Positions 1 to 7,965 of a stretch of DNA of 64,000 nucleotides are shown piece by piece. This stretch comes from an uncultured delta proteobacterium (GTDB lineage Bacteria > Desulfobacterota > Binatia > Binatales > Binataceae). Location: assembly GCA_963765675.1 (NCBI GenBank), contig CAVXXK010000001.1, forward strand, positions 1,632,001 through 1,696,000, in the 5' to 3' direction. The first letter of the stretch is position 1. Every line of letters begins with the position of its first letter. Made by a program: the position numbers and the translations under genes. The notes under the pieces were generated by a model. That model ran no database searches and was not told the DNA's origin. It saw nothing but the letters and a program-made list of their open reading frames with translations.

Positions 1-18
1 GCCTAAGCTCTCTCCTCG

Positions 19-1707
19 ATGGCCGCGAACCTGCTTTTCTTTGGCGATAACCTCAAAGTTCTGCGCGAAAATATCGCTACCGAATCGGTTGATCTGGTTT
101 ACTTGGATCCGCCGTTTAACTCTGAGCGCGATTACAACGTGCTGTTTAAAGAGCATGGCACGGAATCCGAAGCGCAGATCCGCGCCTTCGAGGACTATTG
201 GCACTGGGATCTCCAGGCGGAGCGCACCTATCGCGAGTTGACCGCTGTAGATGCCGAGAACAACGGCGTCCCGGGGCGCTTAGTGTCCCTTACGGAATCG
301 CTGCGCGCATTCCTCGGCACCAGCGACATGATGGCCTACCTTGTGATGATGGCGATTCGGCTCGCCGAGCTGCGCCGCGTGCTGAAGCCGACAGGCTCCA
401 TTTACCTGCACTGCGACCCAACCGCAAGCCACTACATAAAACTGACCTTGGACGGGATTTTCGGTCCAGAGAATTTTCTTAACGAAATCGTTTGGCAGCG
501 GACAGCATCCAAAGGGCTTACGAAGCGACGCTTGGCGAGCAACCACGACACGGTTTTTGCCTATCGGCGATCTGACCAGGCCATTTGGAATGAGAGTTCA
601 ACGTTTGAACCCTATATCGAATCTCAACTCGATCCGAAAACCGCGTCCAAGTACGCGCAGCAGGATTCTGATGGCCGGCGCTATCAGCTCACAAGTCTGA
701 TCAATCCCAACCCCAATCGCCCCAACCTCACGTACGAGTTTCTTGGAGTCACACGTGTTTGGCGCTGGACAAGGGAAAGGATGAACGCGGCGTACCAAGC
801 CGGCGAGATTGTTCAGTCAAAGCCCGACTCAATTCCGCGTTTCAAGCGGTATCTCGACGAGCAACGCGGACATCCTTTAGGAGACGTATGGGGTGACATT
901 CGCCCACTGAATTCTCAAGCGGCGGAGCGGTTAGGGTATCCCACTCAGAAGCCAGTTGAACTGCTCGAGAGAATCATTTCCCTATCTTCGAATGAAGCAG
1001 ACGTAGTCCTCGATCCATTCTGCGGATGCGGCACTGCTTTGCACGCCGCCGAGCGATTGAAACGGCGCTGGATCGGTATCGACATTACGCATCTCGCGAT
1101 CGGCCTCATCCGCAATCGGCTCGATACTGCTTTCCCGGGTATCAAGTACGAAGTACACGGGGTACCAGCCGACGCGGAGGGCGCCCGATCGTTGGCCGAG
1201 TCCGATCCCTACGATTTCCAATGGTGGGCGCTCCCGCTCATTGGCGCGCGACCTGTGGCCAACAGCGACCCCGGCGCTACGCGCGGAAAGAAGGGGATGG
1301 ACCGTGGAATCGATGGCGTAATCCGGTTCATCGACGACCCTGCATCAGGCCGCAGCAATCGAATCGTCGTTTCCGTGAAGGCCGGAAGGCATCTGAATCC
1401 TGCGATGGTTCGCGATCTGCGTGGAACCATCGAACGTGAGAAAGTTCCGATCGGCGTGCTGCTCTCGATGTATGAGCCGACATCTGAGATGCGTTCGGAA
1501 GCGGCGAAGGCGGGCTTCTGGCATTCCGATTCCTGGGGACGTGACTATCCGCGTGTCCAGCTTCTGACGATCGAAGAAGTATTTGGCGGAAAGAGAGTCG
1601 AATATCCGGGGCGCGATGTGACGCTACAAGCCGCGCCCGCGGAAGCTGCCATGCGCGAGAATCTGCCACTTCCTGGCGTGAAGCCAGCATCGCGGACGAA
1701 GCGTTGA
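19..1707 (+). CDS. N6/N4 DNA methyltransferase (beta class) fused to C-terminal Mrr-like PD-(D/E)xK domain
   Basis: Motif IV DLVYLDPPF precedes motif I VLDPFCGCGT; YPTQKP motif; C-terminal DRGIDG...IVVSVKAG. Confidence 0.88.
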   Translation: MAANLLFFGDNLKVLRENIATESVDLVYLDPPFNSERDYNVLFKEHGTESEAQIRAFEDYWHWDLQAERTYRELTAVDAENNGVPGRLVSLTESLRAFLGTSDMMAYLVMMAIRLAELRRVLKPTGSIYLHCDPTASHYIKLTLDGIFGPENFLNEIVWQRTASKGLTKRRLASNHDTVFAYRRSDQAIWNESSTFEPYIESQLDPKTASKYAQQDSDGRRYQLTSLINPNPNRPNLTYEFLGVTRVWRWTRERMNAAYQAGEIVQSKPDSIPRFKRYLDEQRGHPLGDVWGDIRPLNSQAAERLGYPTQKPVELLERIISLSSNEADVVLDPFCGCGTALHAAERLKRRWIGIDITHLAIGLIRNRLDTAFPGIKYEVHGVPADAEGARSLAESDPYDFQWWALPLIGARPVANSDPGATRGKKGMDRGIDGVIRFIDDPASGRSNRIVVSVKAGRHLNPAMVRDLRGTIEREKVPIGVLLSMYEPTSEMRSEAAKAGFWHSDSWGRDYPRVQLLTIEEVFGGKRVEYPGRDVTLQAAPAEAAMRENLPLPGVKPASRTKR

Positions 1708-1787
1708 ATCGCGTTGCCGCGAATTCAGGGGCGTCGAACGCCGTCAGCTCGTGGGGTCGCGCGCCGTGCGTTCGTCCAAACCTCCGC

Positions 1788-2495
1788 CTAAGGCAACCAC
1801 CGCAGCGTGAATAGACTTACCCAGAGAATCCAAACCATCAGCCAGACTAAAATGCCGATGGAGACCGTCCGGAATAGAGAGAAACGGATCCAAGCTTTCG
1901 GTCGCCAAAGCACATTGGCCAAGTTGTCCAAGAACCGGGCTGCGTTGTCTCGATCTTTTGGTTCTAACAGCGATAGAGTAGCCGACTTTCGATCGATGAG
2001 ACCGCGCCGTTCAGTTTCGTCGAGCGCCCAACGTACGCCGTCTCGAAAATTAAGAAGGTACTGAGCCTGCCTGCCCTGCTCGTACCTCGCTTGAGCAAGT
2101 CGGACGGAGGCCATTCCGCCCCACGGATCCGACACACCACCGAGGGCTGCGGGCAGGTTAGCCTTACACTCCAGATCGAAGCGTCGGATCGAAGCGGCGA
2201 GCGCCTTTAGCCGGCGAGCGGCGTCAACATCTCTACGATATTCGCTAAACACTCCGACTGCACAAATGACCGGAAGAACAAAAAGGGCATACATCCAGAA
2301 GGAAGGCGGCCTCATTCTGTTCAAGATTGCGGCGGCATTGATCGGCGGTATTCCTGGCTGAAGCACCAGAATTATAACAACAAGAGCTGAAACGGATAGC
2401 ACCGCTCCGTAACGCGGTGCACTTGGAAGTAGCGTCAGACCTCCGACGAGAACTCCGGCTACCACGGTGATGAGCAATTCGTTGAGATTCGCCAT
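1788..2495 (-). CDS. hypothetical membrane protein
   Basis: Three N-terminal and one C-terminal hydrophobic segments; more AT-rich than neighbours; ATG start chosen (ORF extends to 2525). Confidence 0.6.
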   Translation of the reverse strand: MANLNELLITVVAGVLVGGLTLLPSAPRYGAVLSVSALVVIILVLQPGIPPINAAAILNRMRPPSFWMYALFVLPVICAVGVFSEYRRDVDAARRLKALAASIRRFDLECKANLPAALGGVSDPWGGMASVRLAQARYEQGRQAQYLLNFRDGVRWALDETERRGLIDRKSATLSLLEPKDRDNAARFLDNLANVLWRPKAWIRFSLFRTVSIGILVWLMVWILWVSLFTLRWLP

Positions 2496-2654
2496 AGCTC
2501 GACCCAGAGATAACGTATCTCGCACTGCCCTTGAAACTGCGCGGATTTGCGGATCATCTAATACCGCCGAAGGCGAATTGTGATTGCGCCGCTGCGAACG
2601 AAGAACCTTTGTCTGACCCGTGTGCGTCTGCGATTCAAAAAATGCAGAGCAGCA

Positions 2655-2737
2655 CCCTCACCCACGCATCACGATGCTTGCGAAAAGAGCGCAAGCATCG
2701 CGCCGCGTCGCCCTCTCCCGGCGGGAGAGGGTATCAG
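2655..2737. repeat. CCCTCACCC...CCCTCTCCC/GGGAGAGGG palindromic intergenic element
   Basis: Perfect 11-bp stem CGATGCTTGCG/CGCAAGCATCG (2672-2700) and CCCTCTCCC-GGC-GGGAGAGGG (2711-2731). Confidence 0.65.
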
Positions 2738-2787
2738 CGTGCGGATCCGTTTCTGAGTCGCGCGGCGCTGGCGCGCCGCGGTGAAAA

Positions 2788-2964
2788 ATGTCCCTTACCC
2801 ATTGAACACTTGGTGCCCTCGCCCGACGGCGACGATGATTTTGTCGGGATCGGCACTCCAGGTGAAGGGCTTGGGTTGTTGTTGGTTTCGGCGAGGAAGC
2901 GGTTGATGGCGGGCGAGCCTAGGGAATCTCCCTTCGGAACCTTCCGTCAGGTTCTATCGACTAG
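2788..2964. mobile_element. probable internally deleted IS630-like remnant
   Basis: Translations DGDDDFVGIG..GEGLG and ARKRLMA resemble IS630-family internal sequence (from memory); ends in GGGAATC...CCGTCAGGTTCTATCGACTAG with a CTAG junction. Confidence 0.4.
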
Positions 2965-3530
2965 TGGACTCCTTGGTCTGCCTTTTTGCATTTCGAGAGA
3001 ATATCGTCGACAACGCGGGCGATCGGCGCAGTGGCGTCAATGCTCATCGCATTCTTCGGAACATCCTCTTTCGTTGCATACAATCGCGCAATGAGTTCGC
3101 GTTCCTCTGGTTTTCCGCCGAAGTCAGTTGGGTCCAGTGCCACGCGCTCATCAATCCGCCGGTTCATGGTGTCCAGGTCGACCTCCAGGACAAACACGCC
3201 GTCAAGTAAGTCGATGAATTTTGAAAAATTCCTCGAACCGCCGCAGAAAAAGGTGACCGCCTCATCCTGATTGGCGACGTAGGCTTTTACTTTCTCCACA
3301 TCCCAAATCCAGTGCTTGGACAACCAGGTAACCGTCGGTGTACCCGTTTCCGGAGCCGTCGGTAGACCTGTTTCCGGATCGCCTCGATACACCAATTCCC
3401 GGTCACCATGAATGGCCTGGTATCCGCGCCGCTGCAATTCTGTGCAGACCGCGGTTTTGCCGGCGCCGGAAACGCCTTCGATCAAATAGTTTCTGACACC
3501 CATTTCCGCTCTGGTTGATCGCTCGCTCAT
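2961..3530 (-). CDS. P-loop nucleoside/nucleotide kinase-like AAA family protein
   Basis: Walker A LIEGVSGAGKT; alternative start at 3503. Confidence 0.8.
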   Translation of the reverse strand: MSERSTRAEMGVRNYLIEGVSGAGKTAVCTELQRRGYQAIHGDRELVYRGDPETGLPTAPETGTPTVTWLSKHWIWDVEKVKAYVANQDEAVTFFCGGSRNFSKFIDLLDGVFVLEVDLDTMNRRIDERVALDPTDFGGKPEERELIARLYATKEDVPKNAMSIDATAPIARVVDDILSKCKKADQGVH

Positions 3531-3612
3531 GAGCCGTCGGGGTGTAACGGCGCGATTACCTTAACTCGGTTGCTTCCACTCAGAAAGTGCCACGTACCCC
3601 GGGTGCCGAGGC

Positions 3613-3814
3613 GAGATTTCCTTCGGCGTTGCTCGGGACAAGCTCTCGCGATTCCTGCCGTGCAATGTGACCTGGATGGCACCAGATGCATTACCTGCGC
3701 GCGCTCGGAATGACACAAAACCTCGCGAGAGCTGTCATTTCGAGCGCGAAGCGAATGTGGGTTTCGTGTCGTGCATATGGTTACGCGCCGCGTGCGTCGC
3801 GAGAAATCTCGGCA
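3613..3814. repeat. REP-like inverted doublet (TGTCATTYCGAGC...GAGAAATC family)
   Basis: CGCGCTCGGAATGACA (to 3715) and TGTCATTTCGAGCGCG (3733-3748) are inverted; outer GAGATTT..CTCGCGA pairs with TCGCGAGAAATCTC. Confidence 0.7.
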
Positions 3815-3886
3815 GCTGCGATAGCAGCCCAGCGCAATGGGTTACGCAAAGCTCCTCTTTCAGGGCGGCGGGGGATCAGATACGCG

Positions 3887-4132
3887 CTACTCGATTACGT
3901 TTTTTTCTATGGTCTCGACGGTTACGCCGGAGGAGCGGAGCCATACGATTGCGCGCTCGATTTGGTCGCGGGTGCCCTCGAATTCGAGCGCTACCAGGCC
4001 CATCTCCTCGGATACGCTGGCGCCGCGGATGTTGAATACCAGGTCGAACTTCTTCACCAGGTGATAAAGCAGCGGCTCCTTGATCAGCGAGCGTGGGTAG
4101 CTCAAGTAGTAGCGTTCGTGGATGCGTTCCAT
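3887..4132 (-). CDS. stand-alone NIL domain protein
   Basis: 81 aa; EPLLYHLVKKFDLVFNIRGA and LEFEG pattern; start abuts the cysM stop. Confidence 0.8.
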   Translation of the reverse strand: MERIHERYYLSYPRSLIKEPLLYHLVKKFDLVFNIRGASVSEEMGLVALEFEGTRDQIERAIVWLRSSGVTVETIEKNVIE

Positions 4133-5164
4133 TTAGCGGTCACCTGCGGAGCGCTTGCGATGCCACTCCTGCCATCCGATCCATAAGTTGGTCGATAGGT
4201 ACTTGTCGCCGAAGTCGGGAAAGATCGTCACCACGCATCCTTCCTTGAGCGATTGCGCGACCTTGATCGCCGCGATCATCGCGGCGCCCGACGATTGCCC
4301 GACCAGGATGCCTTCGTCGTGGCCGAGCGCGTACACCATGTCGTAGGCTTCTTCGGTGCCGACCGCGATTTTCGAGTCGAGCTCGTTTTCGTGGTAGATG
4401 CCGGGGACGATCGACGACGCCATGTGCTTGAGCCCCTCGAGCCCGTGCATCGCATCGTCCGGCTCGACGCCGATCACCTGGATGCGCGGATTTACTGACT
4501 TGAGGTAGCGCCCGGTTCCCATCAGGGTGCCGCCGGTGCCCATCGCGGCCACGAAGTGCGTTACTTTGCCCGCGGTCTGATGCCAGATTTCGGGGCCGGT
4601 GGTTTCGAAATGGGCCAGGGGATTGGCTTCGTTATTATATTGATCGGGCTTGAAGTACTTGCCGGGGTTCTGCTCGATCAGCTTGCGGCAGAGCATGATC
4701 GCGCCGTCGGAAGATTCCATCGCGTCGGAGAAAGTGATCGTCGCGCCGTACGCCTCGATAATCTTTTTGCGCTCGCGGCTGACGTTTTCCGCCATCACCA
4801 GCTCGACCGGATAGCCGACTACCGCACCGACCATCGCGAGCGCGATTCCGGTGTTGCCGGAGGTCGAGTCGATGATGGTCTTGCCGGGACGCAGGCTGCC
4901 GTCGGCGAGACCAACTTCGATCATCTTTTTCGCGGCGCGATCTTTCACCGAGCCGCCGGGGTTGAAGCCTTCGAGCTTGGCGAAGATCCGCACTCCGGGG
5001 GCGAGCAATCCGCGCACATGCCGTACGATCTCGAGCATCGGCGTGTTGCCGATAAGCTCGAGCACGCTTTTGGCGCGCGCGGCCGGAACGACCTCATGCT
5101 CGAGGTCGTGCGGCAGCTTAGCGTCCGCCAGCGATCGCCGGGACGATTGAAATGTCGTCGCCAT
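4133..5164 (-). CDS. cysM: PLP-dependent cysteine synthase (CysM-like)
   Basis: IGNTP, AKLEGFNPGGSVKDR (PLP Lys), TSGNTG, MGTGGT; start uncertain. Confidence 0.9.
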   Translation of the reverse strand: MATTFQSSRRSLADAKLPHDLEHEVVPAARAKSVLELIGNTPMLEIVRHVRGLLAPGVRIFAKLEGFNPGGSVKDRAAKKMIEVGLADGSLRPGKTIIDSTSGNTGIALAMVGAVVGYPVELVMAENVSRERKKIIEAYGATITFSDAMESSDGAIMLCRKLIEQNPGKYFKPDQYNNEANPLAHFETTGPEIWHQTAGKVTHFVAAMGTGGTLMGTGRYLKSVNPRIQVIGVEPDDAMHGLEGLKHMASSIVPGIYHENELDSKIAVGTEEAYDMVYALGHDEGILVGQSSGAAMIAAIKVAQSLKEGCVVTIFPDFGDKYLSTNLWIGWQEWHRKRSAGDR

Positions 5165-5396
5165 CCTTGACCTTGGAATTGAGTGACTCGAGGAAGCGGA
5201 TGTCGTCGCCGTTCAGATAGATATTGACGAAGCGGCGAATCTCGCCCTTGTCGTCAAGCAGGCGCTCGCGGATTCCCGGATGGCGCCGCTCGAGATCTTC
5301 GAGCACCAGGCGGATCGAGGCGCCGTCGGCGGGGACTTCGTCGACACCGGCGGTGAAACGGCGAAGCGGGGTTGGGACTCTGACCTTTACTGGCAT
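5118..5396 (-). CDS. MoaD/ThiS/CysO-family ubiquitin-like sulfur carrier
   Basis: VRVPTPLR...RRFVNIYLNGDDIRF...IVPAIAGG-R; GGAGG ribosome-binding site. Confidence 0.9.
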   Translation of the reverse strand: MPVKVRVPTPLRRFTAGVDEVPADGASIRLVLEDLERRHPGIRERLLDDKGEIRRFVNIYLNGDDIRFLESLNSKVKDGDDISIVPAIAGGR

Positions 5397-5492
5397 TGGA
5401 TGCTCTCTACCTCCGTTCTGGATCTTGATGCTTATGCCGCGGGTGCGCGGCAGACAACCGATGCGCACTTAATCTGTCAGTAAATTGCACCT

Positions 5493-6755
5493 TCATGCGG
5501 CGCTGTTTGCGGCGCGTTTGCCGCCTGCGAGGCGCTCGAATAGCGCGTCGAATTCGCCCAGCCGCGCGTCGATCACCATCGGCTTTTCGATCGAGCCGGC
5601 CACCGCTTCGAGCGTCTTGTAGCCGTTGCCGGTGATCGAGACGACGGTGGTCTCGTCGGGTTTGATTCGGCCCTGGCGCGCGAGCTTGATCGCGACGGCG
5701 AGCGTGGTGCCGCCGGCGGGCTCGGCAAAAATGCCCTCGGTGCGCGCGAGCAGCTTGATCGCGTCGATAATTTCGGGGTCGGTGGCAGATTCGCCCCATC
5801 CTCCGGACTCGCGCACTGCGCGCAGGACGTAGAAGCCATCGGCGGGATTTCCGATCGCGATCGATTTGGCGATAGTGTCCGGCTTCACCGGCGTGATCAG
5901 GTCGGTGCCCTTGTGCAGCGCGTGGATCACCGGCGCGGAGCCGGTAGCCTGCGCGGAAAAGATCTTGAATACGTCGCTCTTGATCAGCCCGACTTCCTTC
6001 AGCTCCTTAAATGCCTTGGCGACTTTCGGCAGAATGGTGCCGCCGGCGGTCGGGACGACGATATTGTCGGGCAGCCTCCATCCGAGCTGCTCGGCGATTT
6101 CGAAGCCAAAGGTCTTTGCGCCCTCGGTGTAGTAGGGGCGCAGATTGATATTGACGAAGGCCCATCCGTACTTGTCCGCGATTTCGCTGCACAGCCGATT
6201 CACGTCGTCGTAGTTGCCGCGGATCGTGATCACCTGCGCGCCGTATATGGTCGAGCCGACGATCTTTCCGGCCTCGACGTTCTCGGGCATGAAGATGTAG
6301 CACTTGAGTCCGGCGCGCGCGGCGTGCGCGGCGACTGCGGTTGCAAGGTTGCCGGTCGAGGCGCAGGAGACGGTGGTGAAGCCGAACTCGATCGCCTTGG
6401 TGATTGCGACCGAGACCACGCGGTCTTTGTATGACAGCGTCGGATGATTGACGGTGTCATCCTTGACGTAGAGATGGTGGAGTCCGAGCTCGGCGCCAAG
6501 GCGTTTGCAGTGCACCAGCGGAGTGAAGCCGGAATGCGGTCCGATGACGGGCTCGCTATCTACGGGCAGCAGCTCGCGGTAGCGCCACAGATTATGCGGC
6601 CGCGATTCGATTTTCGCGCGCGAGATCGCCGCGCGAATTTTCGCGTAGTCGTAGGTGACCTCGAGCGGGCCGAAACAGGTCTCGCATACGTGCAGCGGCG
6701 CGATCGGATATTCCTGTCCGCACTCCTTGCATTTCAAATTGTTGATGAAGCTCAT
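5493..6755 (-). CDS. thrC: threonine synthase-like PLP enzyme (possibly carrier-dependent homocysteine synthase)
   Basis: N-terminal CxxC..CxxC, NHPTLSYKDR, CASTGN, GNYDDVNR, ITGNGYK. Confidence 0.85.
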   Translation of the reverse strand: MSFINNLKCKECGQEYPIAPLHVCETCFGPLEVTYDYAKIRAAISRAKIESRPHNLWRYRELLPVDSEPVIGPHSGFTPLVHCKRLGAELGLHHLYVKDDTVNHPTLSYKDRVVSVAITKAIEFGFTTVSCASTGNLATAVAAHAARAGLKCYIFMPENVEAGKIVGSTIYGAQVITIRGNYDDVNRLCSEIADKYGWAFVNINLRPYYTEGAKTFGFEIAEQLGWRLPDNIVVPTAGGTILPKVAKAFKELKEVGLIKSDVFKIFSAQATGSAPVIHALHKGTDLITPVKPDTIAKSIAIGNPADGFYVLRAVRESGGWGESATDPEIIDAIKLLARTEGIFAEPAGGTTLAVAIKLARQGRIKPDETTVVSITGNGYKTLEAVAGSIEKPMVIDARLGEFDALFERLAGGKRAANSAA

Positions 6756-6774
6756 GATTCCCCTCATTCTCCCG

Positions 6775-7491
6775 TCATTCTAATTGACGAGCAGTCTCGG
6801 CTGCGCCTGATTTCACGCGTAGCGCCGCTCCGCAGGCGCATCCTTCGCGCGCGGCCACGTCCGTCAGCCGGAAGCGCGCGGAAATTGTCGCGTCGTAGGT
6901 AAGAATCCGTCCGGCGAGCGACGGTGTCGCGCCGCGTATATACGCGAGCGCCTCGGCCGCCTGGATCTCTCCGATCGCGCCGGCGACTGGGCCGATAATT
7001 CCCGCGTCGCGGCACGAGGCGATTTCACCCGGCTCCGGCGGCGCTTCGAACAGGCATCGCAAACACGCCGAGCGTCCGGGCAGAATCGTCATCGCCTGGC
7101 CCGCCATCCCGAGCACGCCGCCATATACGAACGGGCGATCGACAGCGGATGCGATATCGTTAATGAGAAACTTCACGGACGGATCGTCGGTCGCGTCGAT
7201 TGTGAAATCGTGCGCGGCGGCGAGGGCAGGGCCGTTGATTGCGTCGAAGGCGATCTGGCGGGCGCTGATCTCGACGCGCGGAAACGCGAGGCTCAATCGG
7301 CGCGCGGCAGCTTCTACCTTGGGCTTGCCGAGATCCTCGATTCGATAGATCACCTGGCGCGCGAGATTCGAGAGATCGACGGGATCGGGATCAACGATCG
7401 TGATAATTGCGTTGCCCGCGCGCGCGAGCGCCCACGCGGCGGGCGCGCCCAGTCCTCCGGCTCCGATTATCAATATGCGTCGATCAGGCAA
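6775..7491 (-). CDS. ThiF/MoeB/HesA adenylyltransferase without rhodanese domain
   Basis: IIGAGGLG, DPDPVDLSNLARQ, DATD, CLRC; TTG start inferred. Confidence 0.88.
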   Translation of the reverse strand: MPDRRILIIGAGGLGAPAAWALARAGNAIITIVDPDPVDLSNLARQVIYRIEDLGKPKVEAAARRLSLAFPRVEISARQIAFDAINGPALAAAHDFTIDATDDPSVKFLINDIASAVDRPFVYGGVLGMAGQAMTILPGRSACLRCLFEAPPEPGEIASCRDAGIIGPVAGAIGEIQAAEALAYIRGATPSLAGRILTYDATISARFRLTDVAAREGCACGAALRVKSGAAETARQLE

Positions 7492-7549
7492 CGTCGTTTT
7501 CCCGTGCCACGGCTCGCGAGTGATGGCGAAAGGCCAACGATGGAGGATT

Positions 7550-7587
7550 AAAACAAAAACCCTCTTCCTGCGATAAGGACGAGGGTT
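7550..7587 (-). terminator. intrinsic terminator of the riboswitch expression platform
   Basis: AACCCTC...GAGGGTT hairpin followed by TTTGTTTT; contains CCTTATC, complementary to the P1 3' strand (antiterminator). Confidence 0.8.
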
Positions 7588-7599
7588 CGACAACTCTCG

Positions 7600-7713
7600 C
7601 CTTATCTTCCAAGAACCTTCAACCGAAGGATCTTGCAGGAGTTAGCACCAACTCCGTGAGGAGCCGGTTGCTGCGGCATCGTCGGGCCAGTCCCTCCGCC
7701 GCTCTCGATAAGG
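7600..7713 (-). promoter_or_regulatory. SAM-I (S-box) riboswitch
   Basis: Minus strand CCTTATCGAGAG-CGGCGGAGGGACTGGCCCGACGATGCCGC-AGCAACC...GGTGCTAACTCCTGCAAG...CTTGGAAGATAAGG matches the SAM-I consensus; upstream of sulfur genes. Confidence 0.95.
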
Positions 7714-7731
7714 CCGTCAATGGCTCGATCA

Positions 7732-7760
7732 GAAATATACGACGACGAGATCGCTGTCAA
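7732..7760 (-). promoter_or_regulatory. putative sigma70 promoter for riboswitch operon
   Basis: TTGACA (7760-7755) followed by TATATT/TATTTC at 15/17 nt spacing, just upstream of the aptamer. Confidence 0.55.
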
Positions 7761-7965
7761 ACCCCCGACCACGCGGTCAGGCGGGAATGGGTCCGGCAGA
7801 ACGTCGCGATGTGAGACGCGTAAATAAGCAATCAGACAATTCTTCTCATTTTTGGATTGAAATGCAGGATGTGAATCTTGTAGCCTGCGCCAGCGGTCGG
7901 CAATCAATGTCGTTCCAGTTGGTTCGTGGGGCGAACGACGCGTCGTCACTTAGGAGCAGAGCTAA

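Noticed and set aside
2531-3094. 187-aa ORF as a real gene
   Set aside because: It reads through a palindromic repeat, IS debris and the antisense of the kinase gene
3527-3718. 63-aa ORF with ATGA overlap onto the kinase gene
   Set aside because: Its 5' half lies in a REP-like element; at most the tail of a lost gene, with no recognisable motif
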